A stretch of 64,000 bases of DNA from Takakia lepidozioides (Eukaryota > Plantae > Bryophyta). Below, piece after piece: positions 34,639 through 48,931 of the stretch. Both the position numbers and the translations under genes were made by a program. The notes beneath the pieces were generated by a model. That model had not been told where the DNA came from and made no database searches. It saw nothing but the letters and a program-made list of their open reading frames with translations. Position 1 is the stretch's first letter; each line of letters opens with the position of its first letter. Where the stretch lies: positions 3,162,001 through 3,226,000 of the forward strand of contig CM060732.1 in assembly GCA_030704615.1 (NCBI GenBank). The letters are read 5' to 3'.

Positions 34639-36706
34639 TCCCGGTCCCCCAGAGCCAGATCTAGGCTGCCCGCCTGATCCCCCTGAGCCGACACCTTCGT
34701 TAGCCTGTGATCCAAGTGCTCCACTTGATCCAGGTCCAACGGGTTGGGATGTCCTGGTTGTAGTCTCAACCTCAGCTGTTGGGTCTACTTCTTCATACTC
34801 TTCCTCTTCCAATTTCTTCTCTCTGTTTTCATCCTCCAAGTTCTGCCCTTGGGTCTCTTCTTCACTCATGTAACTCAACTGCAATGGTGTTGGAGAGTCT
34901 GAACTCTCCGTTGGCTCTGCCACATCCTCTCCTCCTTCTTCACCTTCCGTTTCAGAAACTGGAGTTCCTGCTTTTGGTGTTCCATGCCAACTCTTATCAA
35001 AGATTTTTGTCAAATCTTTTATCCAGGGATGTACCTCAGATCTTTCACCTCGTGGTTGATCTTCTTCCCGTACCAATTCCCTTAATCTTTCTTGCAAAGA
35101 AAAAGAAGGAGTGGCATCCAACTCTAGTTCTTCCGGTATGGGTGATGTACTCTCTGATCTTAATGGTGTGAGAGGTCCAGATGATTCCCCTATGTCTATT
35201 CCTCTCTCGATATGGATAATTAGCTTTCAGATAACTTTCTCTTTTTGTTGAATATCTCTGGAGTCTAGCTTCTCTTTCATCACTCATGTCCCATGTTTTT
35301 CATTTCTTTAATGTGGCAATAACCAAAACTCTCTTCTGTAGTATCTCTCGTATATGCCTGGGTTTCTTTCAAGCTTCAATGCACCCTTGGCTATACTAGA
35401 AGTCCCCGTTACCATATAACCATATGGCAAACAAGTCCGGAAAGCTGTTCTTGGTGTGAGTTTGATCCACAGAATATCCTTTGGAATCCAATTCTTTACC
35501 AGTACAAGCTCTTCATGCATATGAGTATAAACATTCACCTTCCTTTCCTCCAAGCCTTCAAACTCTACTCGCTTAATGGATAGCAACGCTATCACATAAA
35601 CCAGTGTTGGTAACCAACGTGCTCTTCCTCTACAAGCCACCTGATAAATCTTTATCACCCCTTTCTCCAGACCCCACTCACGGTCAGCATCATGCACTCT
35701 CTTAAGAATGTTTTCTTTACAACCGTCTGGCAATTCCAAGAACCTCTGAAAGAATTGTTTGGACAATCTTTCCTTCTCAGTTTCACAGGGAATTTGATTC
35801 ACATCAAATTCTTTAATTCTCCATCCACCATGATCCCACCAGATGCCTGTCACATCTGGTTGTTCATGACCCAGTTCCCCAGTATGGTCGCCAAATGTCG
35901 AACGGCTTTTACTCACCCATCCCTTCGTTATCCGAGGTGGAAACTCCAAGATAGAAGAGTTGGATATTTCTAAGCACTGTTATCAATTCACCTTATCTGA
36001 TACTGAAGCATCAGATTGCTTCAGTATCTACTTAATTCCAATTAATCATGCATTCATTTCACAGCTTCACTCATGTCTCTCTACACAGTGTGCTTGTATC
36101 AAATATGTATCAGATTATGATTTATCAGGTATCAAGCCAATGCCATGATGACTCTAATCTGCCCTACAGTTTCACTACAGCTTTGCATGTAACATGCAAC
36201 TAATGTTCATCTCTCCTCCTTCTCCGTGCTCTCGTTCTTGCTCTCCACCTGATCTCCTCTCTTACATGACCAAAAAGCACTCCCCGTGAAGTGTCCCCTC
36301 TTTCCGTTGCCGCTCCCCTATCTGCCCGCAAGCTATTCTAACCACCTAACTAATTAACCGTCATCCCTATAGTAACACGTTCCTTCTGCAGATGTCGTTC
36401 CCTCACAGTCGTTGCCTGCCAATGATAATTGTTCCCCATGTACTGTGACAGGCTGTGTCAAGCTGTGCCGAGCTGTGACTGGCTGTGTCGGCTGTGCAAA
36501 GCTGTGGCGGGCTGTGTTGGCTGTGACTGGCTGTGTCGGGTTGTACCGGGCTGTGACGGGCTGTGTAAAGCTGTGTCGGGCTGTGTAACCCCCCTAAAGC
36601 CTGCTGCTGCCACCCCTAAGGCTCCTGTTGGTCTCATTCTGTGCAAAAATTAAGGGTACCCCACAGAACCCGTAAAAGCGTCTAAGTCCCAAGCAGCCCT
36701 CTAACA
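34639..36706 (-). mobile_element. Gypsy family-2 5' part: LTR (36706-35896), PBS, extra ORF(s) upstream of gag
   Basis: LTR TGTTAGAG...TCGACA followed by TT-TGGCGACCATACTGGG (resembles tRNA-Arg-type PBS). ORFs 35949-35308 and 35121-34640 are homologous to 60262-59000. Confidence 0.8.
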
Positions 36707-36755
36707 AGTTCCACCGCAACATCATAGCAGTGCATCCTATAGGGGGGAAATTTAA

Positions 36756-37459
36756 ATGTGCCTTGGAGTGTTTGTGAGGAATTGCAGCGTTTGCTTGAGC
36801 TTCTTCCAGTCACCGCGCAGCTGCCTCCTCCATTCGGGAGCTGCTGTCATTGAGCGTACTCCGCTACTCTTTTTTCAAGGATGTCGTGCCGTCGAAATCC
36901 TGCAGACTGCCCTTATCATGGCCACGATTATGCTATGTTCAAACCAGAATCAGGAGACATCATTGTCTGGCTCTCTGTTTTCACAGACGCTTCTGGAATC
37001 AAGCGGGAGTCTTTGCGCGCAATGGAGTATTTGGAGGGCTATTACCGCTTTGAGCAAGGTGAGGGCAAGGGTCAATGCGGTCCGTGTGTCCTGAAAATTG
37101 TTGACCTCGATATACCAAGGTAGGTTGGGATGCCGGACAGATCACGCACGGCCTCCCTTTGGTGCTGGAACTGCTGCCAGTGGACCAGGGAGGACGGCAC
37201 CGGGGAAAACTATATTCGTGGAGTTCACTCCGCTCTTACAGTGTATGGAGACATTCGGCTGAGTTGCGAAGACGAATCGCACGGGCACATGAGGCCCACA
37301 GTGACCTTGTCAATGTATGATGGTGGTATGATTGATGGGCATGACATTGTCGTCAGCTCCACCAAGGGCACCAGATCGACCGCATTGCAGTTTACCTCAA
37401 GGTGCCGCATCAGTAATGAGCTTGTTTTGAGGGCTATCGAAGTTCTGTCGACTTGGTGA
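36756..37459 (+). pseudogene. Complete orfX2 (frameshifts, one stop) in a reverse-oriented MULE-A-type copy
   Basis: Aligns to orfX1 over its length: WNCCQWT, YGDIRL, YDGGMIDGHDIVV, ELVLRAIEV. Confidence 0.7.
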
Positions 37460-37753
37460 CGCCCATGTAGAAGGAGGATTTGTCTGGAGTTGCTAAATGT
37501 GAGACACCGTGTTCGATCAATAAAACAACCCATCGTACCTCACTTCTGTGTGCTTGTGTTTCATTGTGTTCAAGAACTGCCGTAATTGGCCCACTGTTTA
37601 CAATTTGTGGTCTCATTTCTACAATGTGTCTGTCCATATGAATATACCAGAGTCAGCGATAGCAGACCCCTGAGGTGAAGGAAATCCATGTATGAGTAAA
37701 AGGAAACATGTACATGCCGAAGCGCGGAAATTCGGCACCGCATTTCATTTTTC

Positions 37754-40700
37754 TTAATATGGTGTTTGTGTTACCAAAACAGACTGGAATTCGTTTTCCA
37801 GCGTGCAATGTAGACATTGGTGGTAATTGTAGCAATCTGAATACTTGCTTGCTATTCAACACCTTGTTAACGCATTTATACACTAGCCCAGACCTAAACC
37901 AGGTCGTGGGACAAAAAAACAAGGTATCTGGTTATACCCTAGTTGTAATTTGCTTAGAAAATGTCTGCAGCTCTGATATGGTGAAGGTGTTAAACAAAAC
38001 AAAGCTGGAACTTCTTTTCCAGGCTTCCGATGTAATCGAGGGTGGCAATTTTGGCAAGCTGAACACTTATTCTTGCTATGCACAGTTGTAAATATTCCAT
38101 ATGAAACATACCCAAACATGTAACACTTGTTTGGGTCCCTGTTTTGCTGAATATAAAGCTGATTTATATAGGGGGGTTTCTTTATGTAATCCCCCCCCCG
38201 CCCACCCATTCATTTCATTTACTTTGAAATCAGATGTATGCCTTTTTAAGACTGGTTTTTGAATGAAGGATGATTGATAATGCCTTGTTATGAGGCTGAT
38301 TTGTCGTTAATTTGACAAAGACCTTGTTTGGTCTTGTCCATGTCCCGACAAGACATAGTATCTTCCCTCTCTCTTTAGACCAGTGTACTTAGTGGTGTCT
38401 GTACACATTATCAATCACTCTCCCTTCTTTTTCCAGATCTGTATATGGCATACTAACACCTTTTTATGGCCATAAGAGATGGTGATCTAGCACATTCTTG
38501 AGTGGAGTGACACTGGATGAACTAACACCTGTTGGTTTTTGGCAGATGGTCAAAGCCATGGGATATCAGCCACCTCTTCCGCCATGAACATGGTGGGGAG
38601 CAAGAAACTCCTTCCCAAGGTATCATCTTCTCCAACAAAAATATATTGGATGAATTGGGCATGGAAAATAAGGCATCCTTGATGATACCTAAGATAAACA
38701 TTGAGCAATCTAAAGGACGTCTGAACGCTGGCACTTTGAGCTAGGCCCTGGTAGACAACGTGTTGGAGTATGTGTGTACACCTTATACATGATCCGGTCA
38801 ATGCACATTGCTCTCGTTTGCTGGTCTCCTGTAGCCAATGCCTTATGTCAGAGTTAGATACCTTATGATAAGAATGACTTCCATGTCCTTGGCTCAAATG
38901 CTTCTATGTCGCTCTTGGTTATGGCTTTGCTCTTTATAGCACCATAAAAAATACCCAATTCTATTTTATTGCTGGAAGATGTTTTGTTTGAATCATAGGC
39001 AGTACATTACTGCCAATGACTGAAGAACAAATATTCATACCTCTTGGGAAAACTGGTTCTATAACCAGATTCTTGGCTGATAAACACTAAGGGGCTGATA
39101 AATGTTTATTTCCTGTTTGTTGCTTCCTGACTTTGGGAGTTGAGGATTCTTTCATTGGCCTCTTCTTCCATTACCAGAGCTTATGTGCGAGCTAAAAGGT
39201 AAAAGTTAAAAGTCTACATTTTGATGTAAGTGTTGATGTACCTTCGCTTGTCACAACTTGTTTTGTTTTTTGACCTTGGAGAATTGAGATTGTAGGCTTT
39301 TTTTTTTATTTCTATGGTTCCTTTGTAACCAGAAATAAAAGCTACAAAGAAGAGGGAGGTCCTTTATGTGATGGGGTCTGGTATGCACTCCTTACGGGGC
39401 GAGTGCATACCACACTCACTCCATGAGGAGCTGCCATACCGGGGGATGGTTGGTGGGTTCCCTCTCTCTCCCTCTCTCTCCCTCCCTCCATGGATCTGGC
39501 TAGTTCTTTTAAACCCGATGGTTTAAACCAGAGATATGTTAATTAATCCCTAATTAACTTCCTTGATATTTCGTCCATACTGGATGATCTGTTGATGATG
39601 AAGTCATCAGATGGTGGATTTACCTTTAACAGAATTCAGCCATACCGGCTGATTTCTTACTTTACGGATGACGTCCGAATCTGGTTAATTTCGGTTAATT
39701 ACCCTACTTGGATCTTTGGTTTATAAGGTCATGAGGTTTCTATCCTAATGAATGCCAAATGATTTTCATCCCTATCTAGATGTCATCCCTGGCGGATGAC
39801 ACAGGGATGAAAAATCGGGATTTTATCAACCGTTTGTTGATGGAGCTCATCGCGTGCGGATGAAATCGCGGGGAAATAGCTTCATCTCCTCCCTGCCCTA
39901 ATTTTCTGCACGACAATCGTGCTTAAGGTTTGCTGGAACTGAGGATGGTGGCGGAGTGCGCATTGAGCCCGATTCAGGGCCTTTGATTACTATGGTGTTG
40001 CGTAATTAAGGTCTGCAGGGTTTCTGGCAAGATTCCAGTACTTTCTTCCTCTCTTGGGTGCGCAATGGCGGCAGTGCCTTCAATTTCCCTGTGGCGGTTG
40101 TCTCTCATGTTGGCGGGCGATCTACTCAGCTTGTGATCGTTTGTTGTGCCCTTCATTGATCATTAAGATACAGCGGCGCATCTTAAGACCTCAACCTGTT
40201 AAAATGCTTGGGCAATCCACTCTTTTTGTGTTTTGTTGTTTGTTGGTCTTGGGAGCCATTTGCAGGCTTCTCTTCCGCAAACCATCGAGGTGATGGCTTG
40301 TTTATGCTCTGATTTCTTTCTACTCCTGCTTTGGAATGCATGTTGTACAACGATAACAAGCGTGAGACCTGTGATTCACCTGGGGTTCCACAATCCTTAC
40401 TAACCTGTCGGTTTTTGTGGGGGCTTGTGATGGGACCAGGTGAGGGTCCTCACTTAATATGATTCTTTGAGCTTGAAGTTGAATGAAATCGAGCTACTGA
40501 TGCGACGCCGCAACTTCTGTATCTTTGGGGGAGAAGACCTCTTTCTGCCTCTTTGCATTGATCTTTCTGGCCTTTGTTCTTAACCTTCTATGGTGGACAA
40601 CGATTCATTAGGATATTTCTCTCTTGTTCCCTGTGGCCTTCTGTTGTGACACCGGAGCAATTATATGACGAGCTGGCTGTTTTAAGATATCTAGTACCAA

Positions 40701-43700
40701 GCAGCAAAGTGGGGAAGCTCTGTTTTTTGACCAAACAGTGTCCTTTATTGTAAACCTTGGAAAGCCTGGATTCTGTTACGAGCAGGCTGTTTTAGGACAT
40801 TTGGTGCCATGCAAAATTGTAGGGTGGCTCTTCTTCGACCAGATAATGTCTTTGGTTACAAGCCCCTGGATGCTTGGCTTTTTTAATGGACAATGTCCGT
40901 GGTGGTAAGCACTTGCTGGCTGTTAAGAAGTTGATTCAGGCCCTGTGTTCATGTTGCCTTAGGATAAATATGTCGTGGCAGCTTACTAGCCTGTTGGAAT
41001 GAACAATTCAGACCCCGTGATACTACTCTATGATGGTAAACTGATTAGAAAAATATCTGCAATTTTAATATGGTGTTTGTGTTACCAAAACAGACTGGAA
41101 TTCGTTTTCCAGCGTGCAATGTAGACATTGGTGGTAATTGTAGCAATCTGAATACTTGCTTGCTATTCAACACCTTGTTAACGCATTTATACACTAGCCC
41201 CAGACCTAAACCAGGTCGTGGGACAAAAAACAAGGTATCTGGTTATACCCTAGTGTGTAATTTGCTTAGAAAATGTCTGCAGCTCTGATATGGTGAAGGT
41301 GTTAAACAAAACAAAGCTGGAACTTCTTTTCCAGGCTTCCGATGTAATCGAGGGTGGCAATTTTGGCAAGCTGAACACTTATTCTTGCTATGCACAGTTG
41401 TAAATATTCCATATGAAACATACCCAAACATGTAACACTTGTTTGGGTCCCTGTTTTGCTGAATATAAAGCTGATTTATATAGGGGGTTTCTTTATGTAA
41501 TCCCCCCCCCCCCACCCATTCATTTCATTTACTTTGAAATCAGATGTATGCCTTTTTAAGACTGGTTTTTGAATGAAGGATGATTGATAATGCCTTGTTA
41601 TGAGGCTGATTTGTCGTTAATTTGACAAAGACCTTGTTTGGTCTTGTCCATGTCCCGACAAGACATAGTATCTTCCCTCTCTTCTTTAGACCAGTGTACT
41701 TAGTGGTGTCTGTACACATTATCAATCACTCTCCCTTCTTTTTCCAGATCTGTATATGGCATACTAACACCTTTTTATGGCCATAAGAGATGGTGATCTA
41801 GCACATTCTTGAGTGGAGTGACACTGGATGAACTAACACCTGTTGGTTTTTGGCAGATGGTCAAAGCCATGGGATATCAGCCACCTCTTCCGCCATGAAC
41901 ATGGTGGGGAGCAAGAAACTCCTTCCCAAGGTATCATCTTCTCCAACAAAAATATATTGGATGATTGGGCATGGAAAATAAGGCATCCTTGATGATACCT
42001 AAGATAAACATTGAGCATCTAAAGGACGTCTGAACGCTGGCACTTTGAGCTAGGCCCTGGTAAGACAACGTGTTGGAGTATGTGTGTACACCTTATACAT
42101 GATCCGGTCAATGCACATTGCTCTCGTTTGCTGGTCTCCTGTAGCCAATGCCTTATGTCAGAGTTAGATACCTTATGATAAGAATGACTTCCATGTCCTT
42201 GGCTCAAATGCTTCTATGTCGCTCTTGGTTATGGCTTTGCTCTTTATAGCACCATAAAAAATACCCAATTCTATTTTATTGCTGGAAGATGTTTTGTTTG
42301 AATCATAGGCAGTACATTACTGCCAATGACTGAAAGAACAAATATTCATACCTCTTGGAGAAAACTGGTTCTATAACCAGATTCTTGGCTGATAAACACT
42401 AAGGGCTGATAAATGTTTATTTCCTGTTTGTTGCTTCCTGACTTTGGGAGTTGAGGATTCTTTCATTGGCCTCTTCTTTCCATTACCAGAGCTTATGTGC
42501 GAGCTAAAAGGTAAAAGTTAAAAGTCTACATTTTGATGTAAGTGTTGATGTACCTTCGCTTGTCACAACTTGTTTTGTTTTTTGACCTTGGAGAATTGAG
42601 ATTGTAGGCTTTTTTTTTTATTTCTATGGTTCCTTTGTAACCAGAAATAAAAGCTACAAAGAAGAGGGAGGTCCTTTATGTGATGGGGTCTGGTATGCAC
42701 TCCCTTACGGGGCGAGTGCATACCACACTCACTCCATGAGGAGCTGCCATACCGGGGGATGGTTGGTGGGTTCCCTCTCTCTCCCTCTCTCTCCCTCCCT
42801 CCATGGATCTGGCTGGTTCTTTTAAACCCGATGGTTTAAACCCAGAGATATGTTAATTAATCCCTAATTAACTTCCTTGATATTTCGTCCATACTGGATG
42901 ATCTGTTGATGATGAAGTCATCAGATGGTGGATTTACCTTTAACAGAATTCAGCCATACCGGCTGATTTCTTACTTTACGGATGACGTCCGAATCTGGTT
43001 AATTTCGGTTAATTACCCTACTTGGATCTTTGGTTTATAAGGTCATGAGGTTTCTATCCTAATGAATGCCAAATGATTTTCATCCCTATCTAGATGTCAT
43101 CCCTGGCGGATGACACAGGGATGAAAAATCGGGATTTTATCAACCGTTTGTTGATGGAGCTCATCGCGTGCGGATGAAATCGCGGGGAAATAGCTTCATC
43201 TCCTCCCTGCCCTAATTTTCTGCACGACAATCGTGCTTAAGGTTTGCTGGAACTGAGGGATGGTGGCGGAGTGCGCATTGAGCCCGATTCAGGGCCTTTG
43301 ATTACTATGGTGTTGCGTAATTAAGGTCTGCAGGGTTTCTGGCAAGATTCCAGTACTTTCTTCCTCTCTGGGGGTGCGCAATGGCGGCAGTGCCTTCAAT
43401 TTCCCTGTGGCGGTTGTCTCTCATGTTGGCGGGCGATCTACTCAGCTTGTGATCGTTTGTTGTGCCCTTCATTGATCATTAAGATACAGCGGCGCATCTT
43501 AAGACCTCAACCTGTTAAAATGCTTGGGCAATCCACTCTTTTTGTGTTTTGTTGTTTGTTGGTCTTGGGAGCCATTTTGCAGGCTTCTCTTCCGCAAACC
43601 ATCGAGGTGATGGCTTGTTTATGCTCTGATTTCTTTCTACTCCTGCTTTGGAATGCATGTTGTACAGCGATAACAAGCGTGAGACCTGTGATTCACCTGG

Positions 43701-46700
43701 GGTTCCACAATCCTTACTAACCTGTCGGTTTTTGTGGGGGCTTGTGATGGGACCAGGTGAGGGTCCTCACTTAATATGATTCTTTGAGCTTGAAGTTGAA
43801 TGAAATCGAGCTACTGATGCGACGCCGCAACTTCTGTATCTTTGGGGGAGAAGACCTCTTTCTGCCTCTTTGCATTGATCTTTCTGGCCTTTGTTCTTAA
43901 CCTTCTATGGTGGACAACGATTCATTAGGATATTTCTCTCTTGTTCCCTGTGGCCTTCTGTTGTGACACCGGAGCAATTATATGACGAGCTGGCTGTTTT
44001 AAGATATCTAGTACCAAGCAGCAAAGTGGGGAAGCTCTGTTTTTTGACCAAACAGTGTCCTTTATTGTAAACCTTGGAAAGCCTGGATTCTGTTACGAGC
44101 AGGCTGTTTTAGGACATTTGGTGCCATGCAAAATTGTAGGGTGGCTCTTCTTCGACCAGATAATGTCTTTGGTTACAAGCCCCTGGATGCTTGGCTTTTT
44201 TAATGGACAATGTCCGTGGTGGTAAGCACTTGCTGGCTGTTTAAGAAGTTGATTCAGGCCCTGTGTTCATGTTGCCTTAGGATAAATATGTCGTGGCAGC
44301 TTACTAGCCTGTTGGAATGAACAATTCAGACCCCGTGATACTACTCTATGATGGTAAACTGATTAGAAAAATATCTGCAATTTTAATATGGTGTTTGTGT
44401 TACCAAAAACAGACTGGAATTCGTTTTCCAGCGTGCAATGTAGACATTGGTGGTAATTGTAGCAATCTGAATACTTGCTTGCTATTCAACACCTTGTTAA
44501 CGCATTTATACACTAGCCCCAGACCTAAACCAGGTCGTGGGACAAAAAAACAAGGTATCTGGTTATACCCTAGTGTGTAATTTGCTTAGAAAATGTCTGC
44601 AGCTCTGATATGGTGAAGGTGTTAAACAAAACAAAGCTGGAACTTCTTTTCCAGGCTTCCAATGTAATCGAGGGTGGCATTTTGGCAAGCTGAACACTTA
44701 TTCTTGCTATGCACAGTTGTAAATATTCCATATGAAACATACCCAAACATGTAACACTTGTTTGGGTCCCTGTTTTGCTGAATATAAAGCTGATTTATAT
44801 AGGGGGGTTTCTTTATGTAATCCCCCCCCCCCCCCACCCATTCATTTCATTTACTTTGAAATCAGATGTATGCCTTTTTAAGACTGGTTTTTGAATGAAG
44901 GATGATTGATAATGCCTTGTTATGAGGCTGATTTGTCGTTAATTTGACAAAGACCTTGTTTGGTCTTGTCCATGTCCCGACAAGACATAGTATCTTCCCT
45001 CTCTTCTTTAGACCAGTGTACTTAGTGGTGTCTGTACACATTATCAATCACTCTCCCTTCTTTTTCCAGATCTGTATATGGCATACTAACACCTTTTTTA
45101 TGGCCATAAGAGATGGTGATCTAGCACATTCTTGAGTGGAGTGACACTGGATGAACTAACACCTGTTGGTTTTTGGCAGATGGTCAAAGCCATGGGATAT
45201 CAGCCACCTCTTCCGCCATGAACATGGTGGGGAGCAAGAAACTCCTTCCCAAGGTATCATCTTCTCCAACAAAAATATATTGGATGATTGGGCATGGAAA
45301 AAAGGCATCCTTGATGATACCTAAGATAAACATTGAGCATCTAAAGGACGTCTGAACGCTGGCACTTTGAGCTAGGCCCTGGTAAGACAACGTGTTGGAG
45401 TATGTGTGTACACCTTATACATGATCCGGTCAATGCACATTGCTCTCGTTTGCTGGTCTCCTGTAGCCAATGCCTTATGTCAGAGTTAGATACCTTATGA
45501 TAAGAATGACTTCCATGTCCTTGGCTCAAATGCTTCTATGTCGCTCTTGGTTATGCTTTGCTCTTTATAGCACCATAAAAAAATACCCAATTCTATTTTA
45601 TTGCTGGAGAGATGTTTTGTTTGAATCATAGGCAGTACATTACTGCCAATGACTGAAGAACAAATATTCATACCTCTTGGGAAAACTGGTTCTATAACCA
45701 GATTCTTGGCTGATAAACACTAAGGGGCTGATAAATGTTTATTTCCTGTTTGTTGCTTCCTGACTTTGGGAGTTGAGGATTCTTTCATCGGCCTCTTCTT
45801 TCCATTACCAGAGCTCATGTGCGAGCTAAAAGGTAAAAGTTAAAAGTCTACATTATTATGATGTAAGTGTTGATGTACCTTCGCTTGTCACAACTTGTTT
45901 TGTTTTTTGACCTTGGAGAATTGAGATTGTAGGCTTTTTTTTTTTTATTTCTATGGTTCCTTTGTAACCAGAAATAAAAGCTACAAAGAAGAGGGAGGTC
46001 CTTTATGTGATGGGGTCTGGTATGCACTCCCTTACGGGGCGAGTGCATACCACACTCACTCCATGAGGAGCTGCCATACCGGGGGAGGGTTGGTTGGGTG
46101 GTTCCCTCTCTCTCCCTCTCTCTCCCTCCCTCCATGGATCTGGCTGGTTCTTTTAAACCCGATGGTTTAAACCAGAGATATGTTAATTAATCCCTAATTA
46201 ACTTCCTTGATATTTCGTCCATACTGGATGATCTGTTGATGATGAAGTCATCAGATGGTGGATTTACCTTTAACAGAATTCAGCCATACCGGCTGATTTC
46301 TTACTTTACGGATGACGTCCGAATCTGGTTAATTTCGGTTAATTACCCTACTTGGATCTTTGGTTTATAAGGTCATGAGGTTTCTATCCTAATGAATGCC
46401 AAATGATTTTCATCCCTATCTAGATGTCATCCCTGGCGGATGACACAGGGATGAAAAATCGGGATTTTATCAACCGTTTGTTGATGGAGCTCATCCCGTG
46501 CGGATGAAATCGCGGGGAAATAGCTTCATCTCCTCCCTGCCCTAATTTTCTGCACGACAATCGTGCTTAAGGTTTGCTGGAACTGAGGGATGGTGGCGGA
46601 GTGCGCATTGAGCCCGATTCAGGGCCCTTTGATTACTATGGTGTTGCGTAATTAAGGTCTGCAGGGTTTCTGGCAAGATTCCAGTACTTTCTTCCTCTCT

Positions 46701-48431
46701 TGGGGTGCGCAATGGCGGCAGTGCCTTCAATTTCCCTGTGGCGTTGTCTCTCATGTTGGCGGGCGATCTACTCTCAGCTTGTGATCGTTTGTTGTGCCCT
46801 TCATTGATCATTAAGATACAGCGGCGCATCTTAAGACCTCAACCTGTTAAAATGCTTGGGCAATCCACTCTTTTTGTGTGTTTGTTGTTTGTTGGTCTTG
46901 GGAGCCATTTTGCAGGCTTCTCTTCCGCAAACCATCGAGGTGATGGCTTGTTTATGCTCTGATTTCTTTCTACTCCTGCTTTGGAATGCATGTTGTACAG
47001 CGATAACAAGCGTGAGACCTGTGATTCACCTGGGGTTCCACAATCCTTACTAACCGTCGGTTTTTGTGGGGCTTGTGATGGGACCAGGTGAGGGTCCTCA
47101 CTTAATATGATTCTTTGAGCTTGAAGTTGAATGAAATCGAGCTACTGATGCGACGCGCGCAACTTCTGTATCTTTGGGGAGAAGACCTCTTTCTGCCTCT
47201 TTGCATTGATCTTTCTGGCCTTTGTTCTTAACCTTCTATGGTGGACAACGATTCATTAGGATATTTCTCTCTCTTGTTCCCTGTGGCCTTCTGTTGTGAC
47301 ACCGGAGCAATTATATGACGAGCTGGCTGTTTTTAAGATATCTAGTACCAAGCAGCAAAGTGGGGAGCTCTGTTTTTTGACCAAACAGTGTCCTTTATTG
47401 TAAACCTTGGAAAGCCTGGATTCTGTTACGAGCAGGCTGTTTTAGGACATTTGGTGCCATGCAAAATTGTAGGGTGGCTCTTCTTCGACGACAGATAGAT
47501 AATGTCTTTGGTTACAAGCCCCTGGATGGCTTTGCTTAATGGACAATGTCCACGGTGGTAAGCACTTGCTGGTTGAAGAAGTTGATTCAGGCCCTGTGTT
47601 CATGTTGCCTTAGGATAAATATGCCGTGGCAGCTTACTAGCCTGTTGGAATGAACAATTCAGACCCCGTGATACTACTCTATGATGGTAAACTGATTAGA
47701 AAAATATCTGCAATTTTAATATGGTGGTTTGTGTTACCAAAACAGACTGGAATTCGTTTTCCAGCGTGCAATGTAGACATTGGTGTAATTGTAGCAATCT
47801 GAATACTTGCTTGCTATTCAACACCTTGTTAACGCATTTTATACACTAGCCCCAGACCTAAACCAGGTCGTGGGACAAAAAACAAGGTATCTGGTTATAC
47901 CCTAGTGTGTAATTTGCTTAGAAAATGTTCTGCAGCTCTGATATGGTGAAGGTGTTAAACAAAACAAAGCTGGAACTTCTTTTCCAGGCTTTCCGATGTA
48001 ATCGAGGGTGGCAATTTTGGCAAGCTGAACACTTATTCTTGCTATGCACAGTTGTAAATATTCCATATGAAACATACCCAAACATGTAACACTTGTTTGG
48101 GTCCCTGTTTTGCTGAATATAAAGCTGATTTATATAGGGGGGATTTCTTTATGTAATCCCCCCCCCCCACCCATTCATTTCATTTACTTTGAAATCAGAT
48201 GTATGCCTTTTTAAGACTGGTTTTTGAATGAAGGATGATTGATAATGCCTTGTTATGAGGCTGATTTGTCGTTAATTTGACAAAGACCTTGTTTGGTCTT
48301 GTCCATGTCCGACAAGACATAGTATCTTCCCTCTCTTCTTTAGACCAGTGTACTTAGTGGTGTCTGTACACATTATCAATCACTCTCCCTTCTTTTTCCA
48401 GATCTGTATATGGCATACTAACACCTTTTTA
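37754..48431. repeat. Tandem array of a ~3.32-kb AT-rich unit (3.2 copies visible up to the gap)
   Basis: Unit starts at 37754, 41065, 44383 and 47716. Copies differ mainly by homopolymer indels. Confidence 0.95.
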
Positions 48432-48931
48432 NNNNNNNNNNNNNNNNNNNNNNNNNNNNNNNNNNNNNNNNNNNNNNNNNNNNNNNNNNNNNNNNNNNNN
48501 NNNNNNNNNNNNNNNNNNNNNNNNNNNNNNNNNNNNNNNNNNNNNNNNNNNNNNNNNNNNNNNNNNNNNNNNNNNNNNNNNNNNNNNNNNNNNNNNNNNN
48601 NNNNNNNNNNNNNNNNNNNNNNNNNNNNNNNNNNNNNNNNNNNNNNNNNNNNNNNNNNNNNNNNNNNNNNNNNNNNNNNNNNNNNNNNNNNNNNNNNNNN
48701 NNNNNNNNNNNNNNNNNNNNNNNNNNNNNNNNNNNNNNNNNNNNNNNNNNNNNNNNNNNNNNNNNNNNNNNNNNNNNNNNNNNNNNNNNNNNNNNNNNNN
48801 NNNNNNNNNNNNNNNNNNNNNNNNNNNNNNNNNNNNNNNNNNNNNNNNNNNNNNNNNNNNNNNNNNNNNNNNNNNNNNNNNNNNNNNNNNNNNNNNNNNN
48901 NNNNNNNNNNNNNNNNNNNNNNNNNNNNNNN
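48432..48931. other. Assembly gap (500 N)
   Basis: Run of N. Confidence 1.

Noticed and set aside
38050-39440. Degenerate Ulp1/SUMO protease exons in the tandem unit (LNVYLRY..., FHMEYL)
   Set aside because: Only a vague resemblance; no convincing H-D-C triad and many stops. It would need a profile search.
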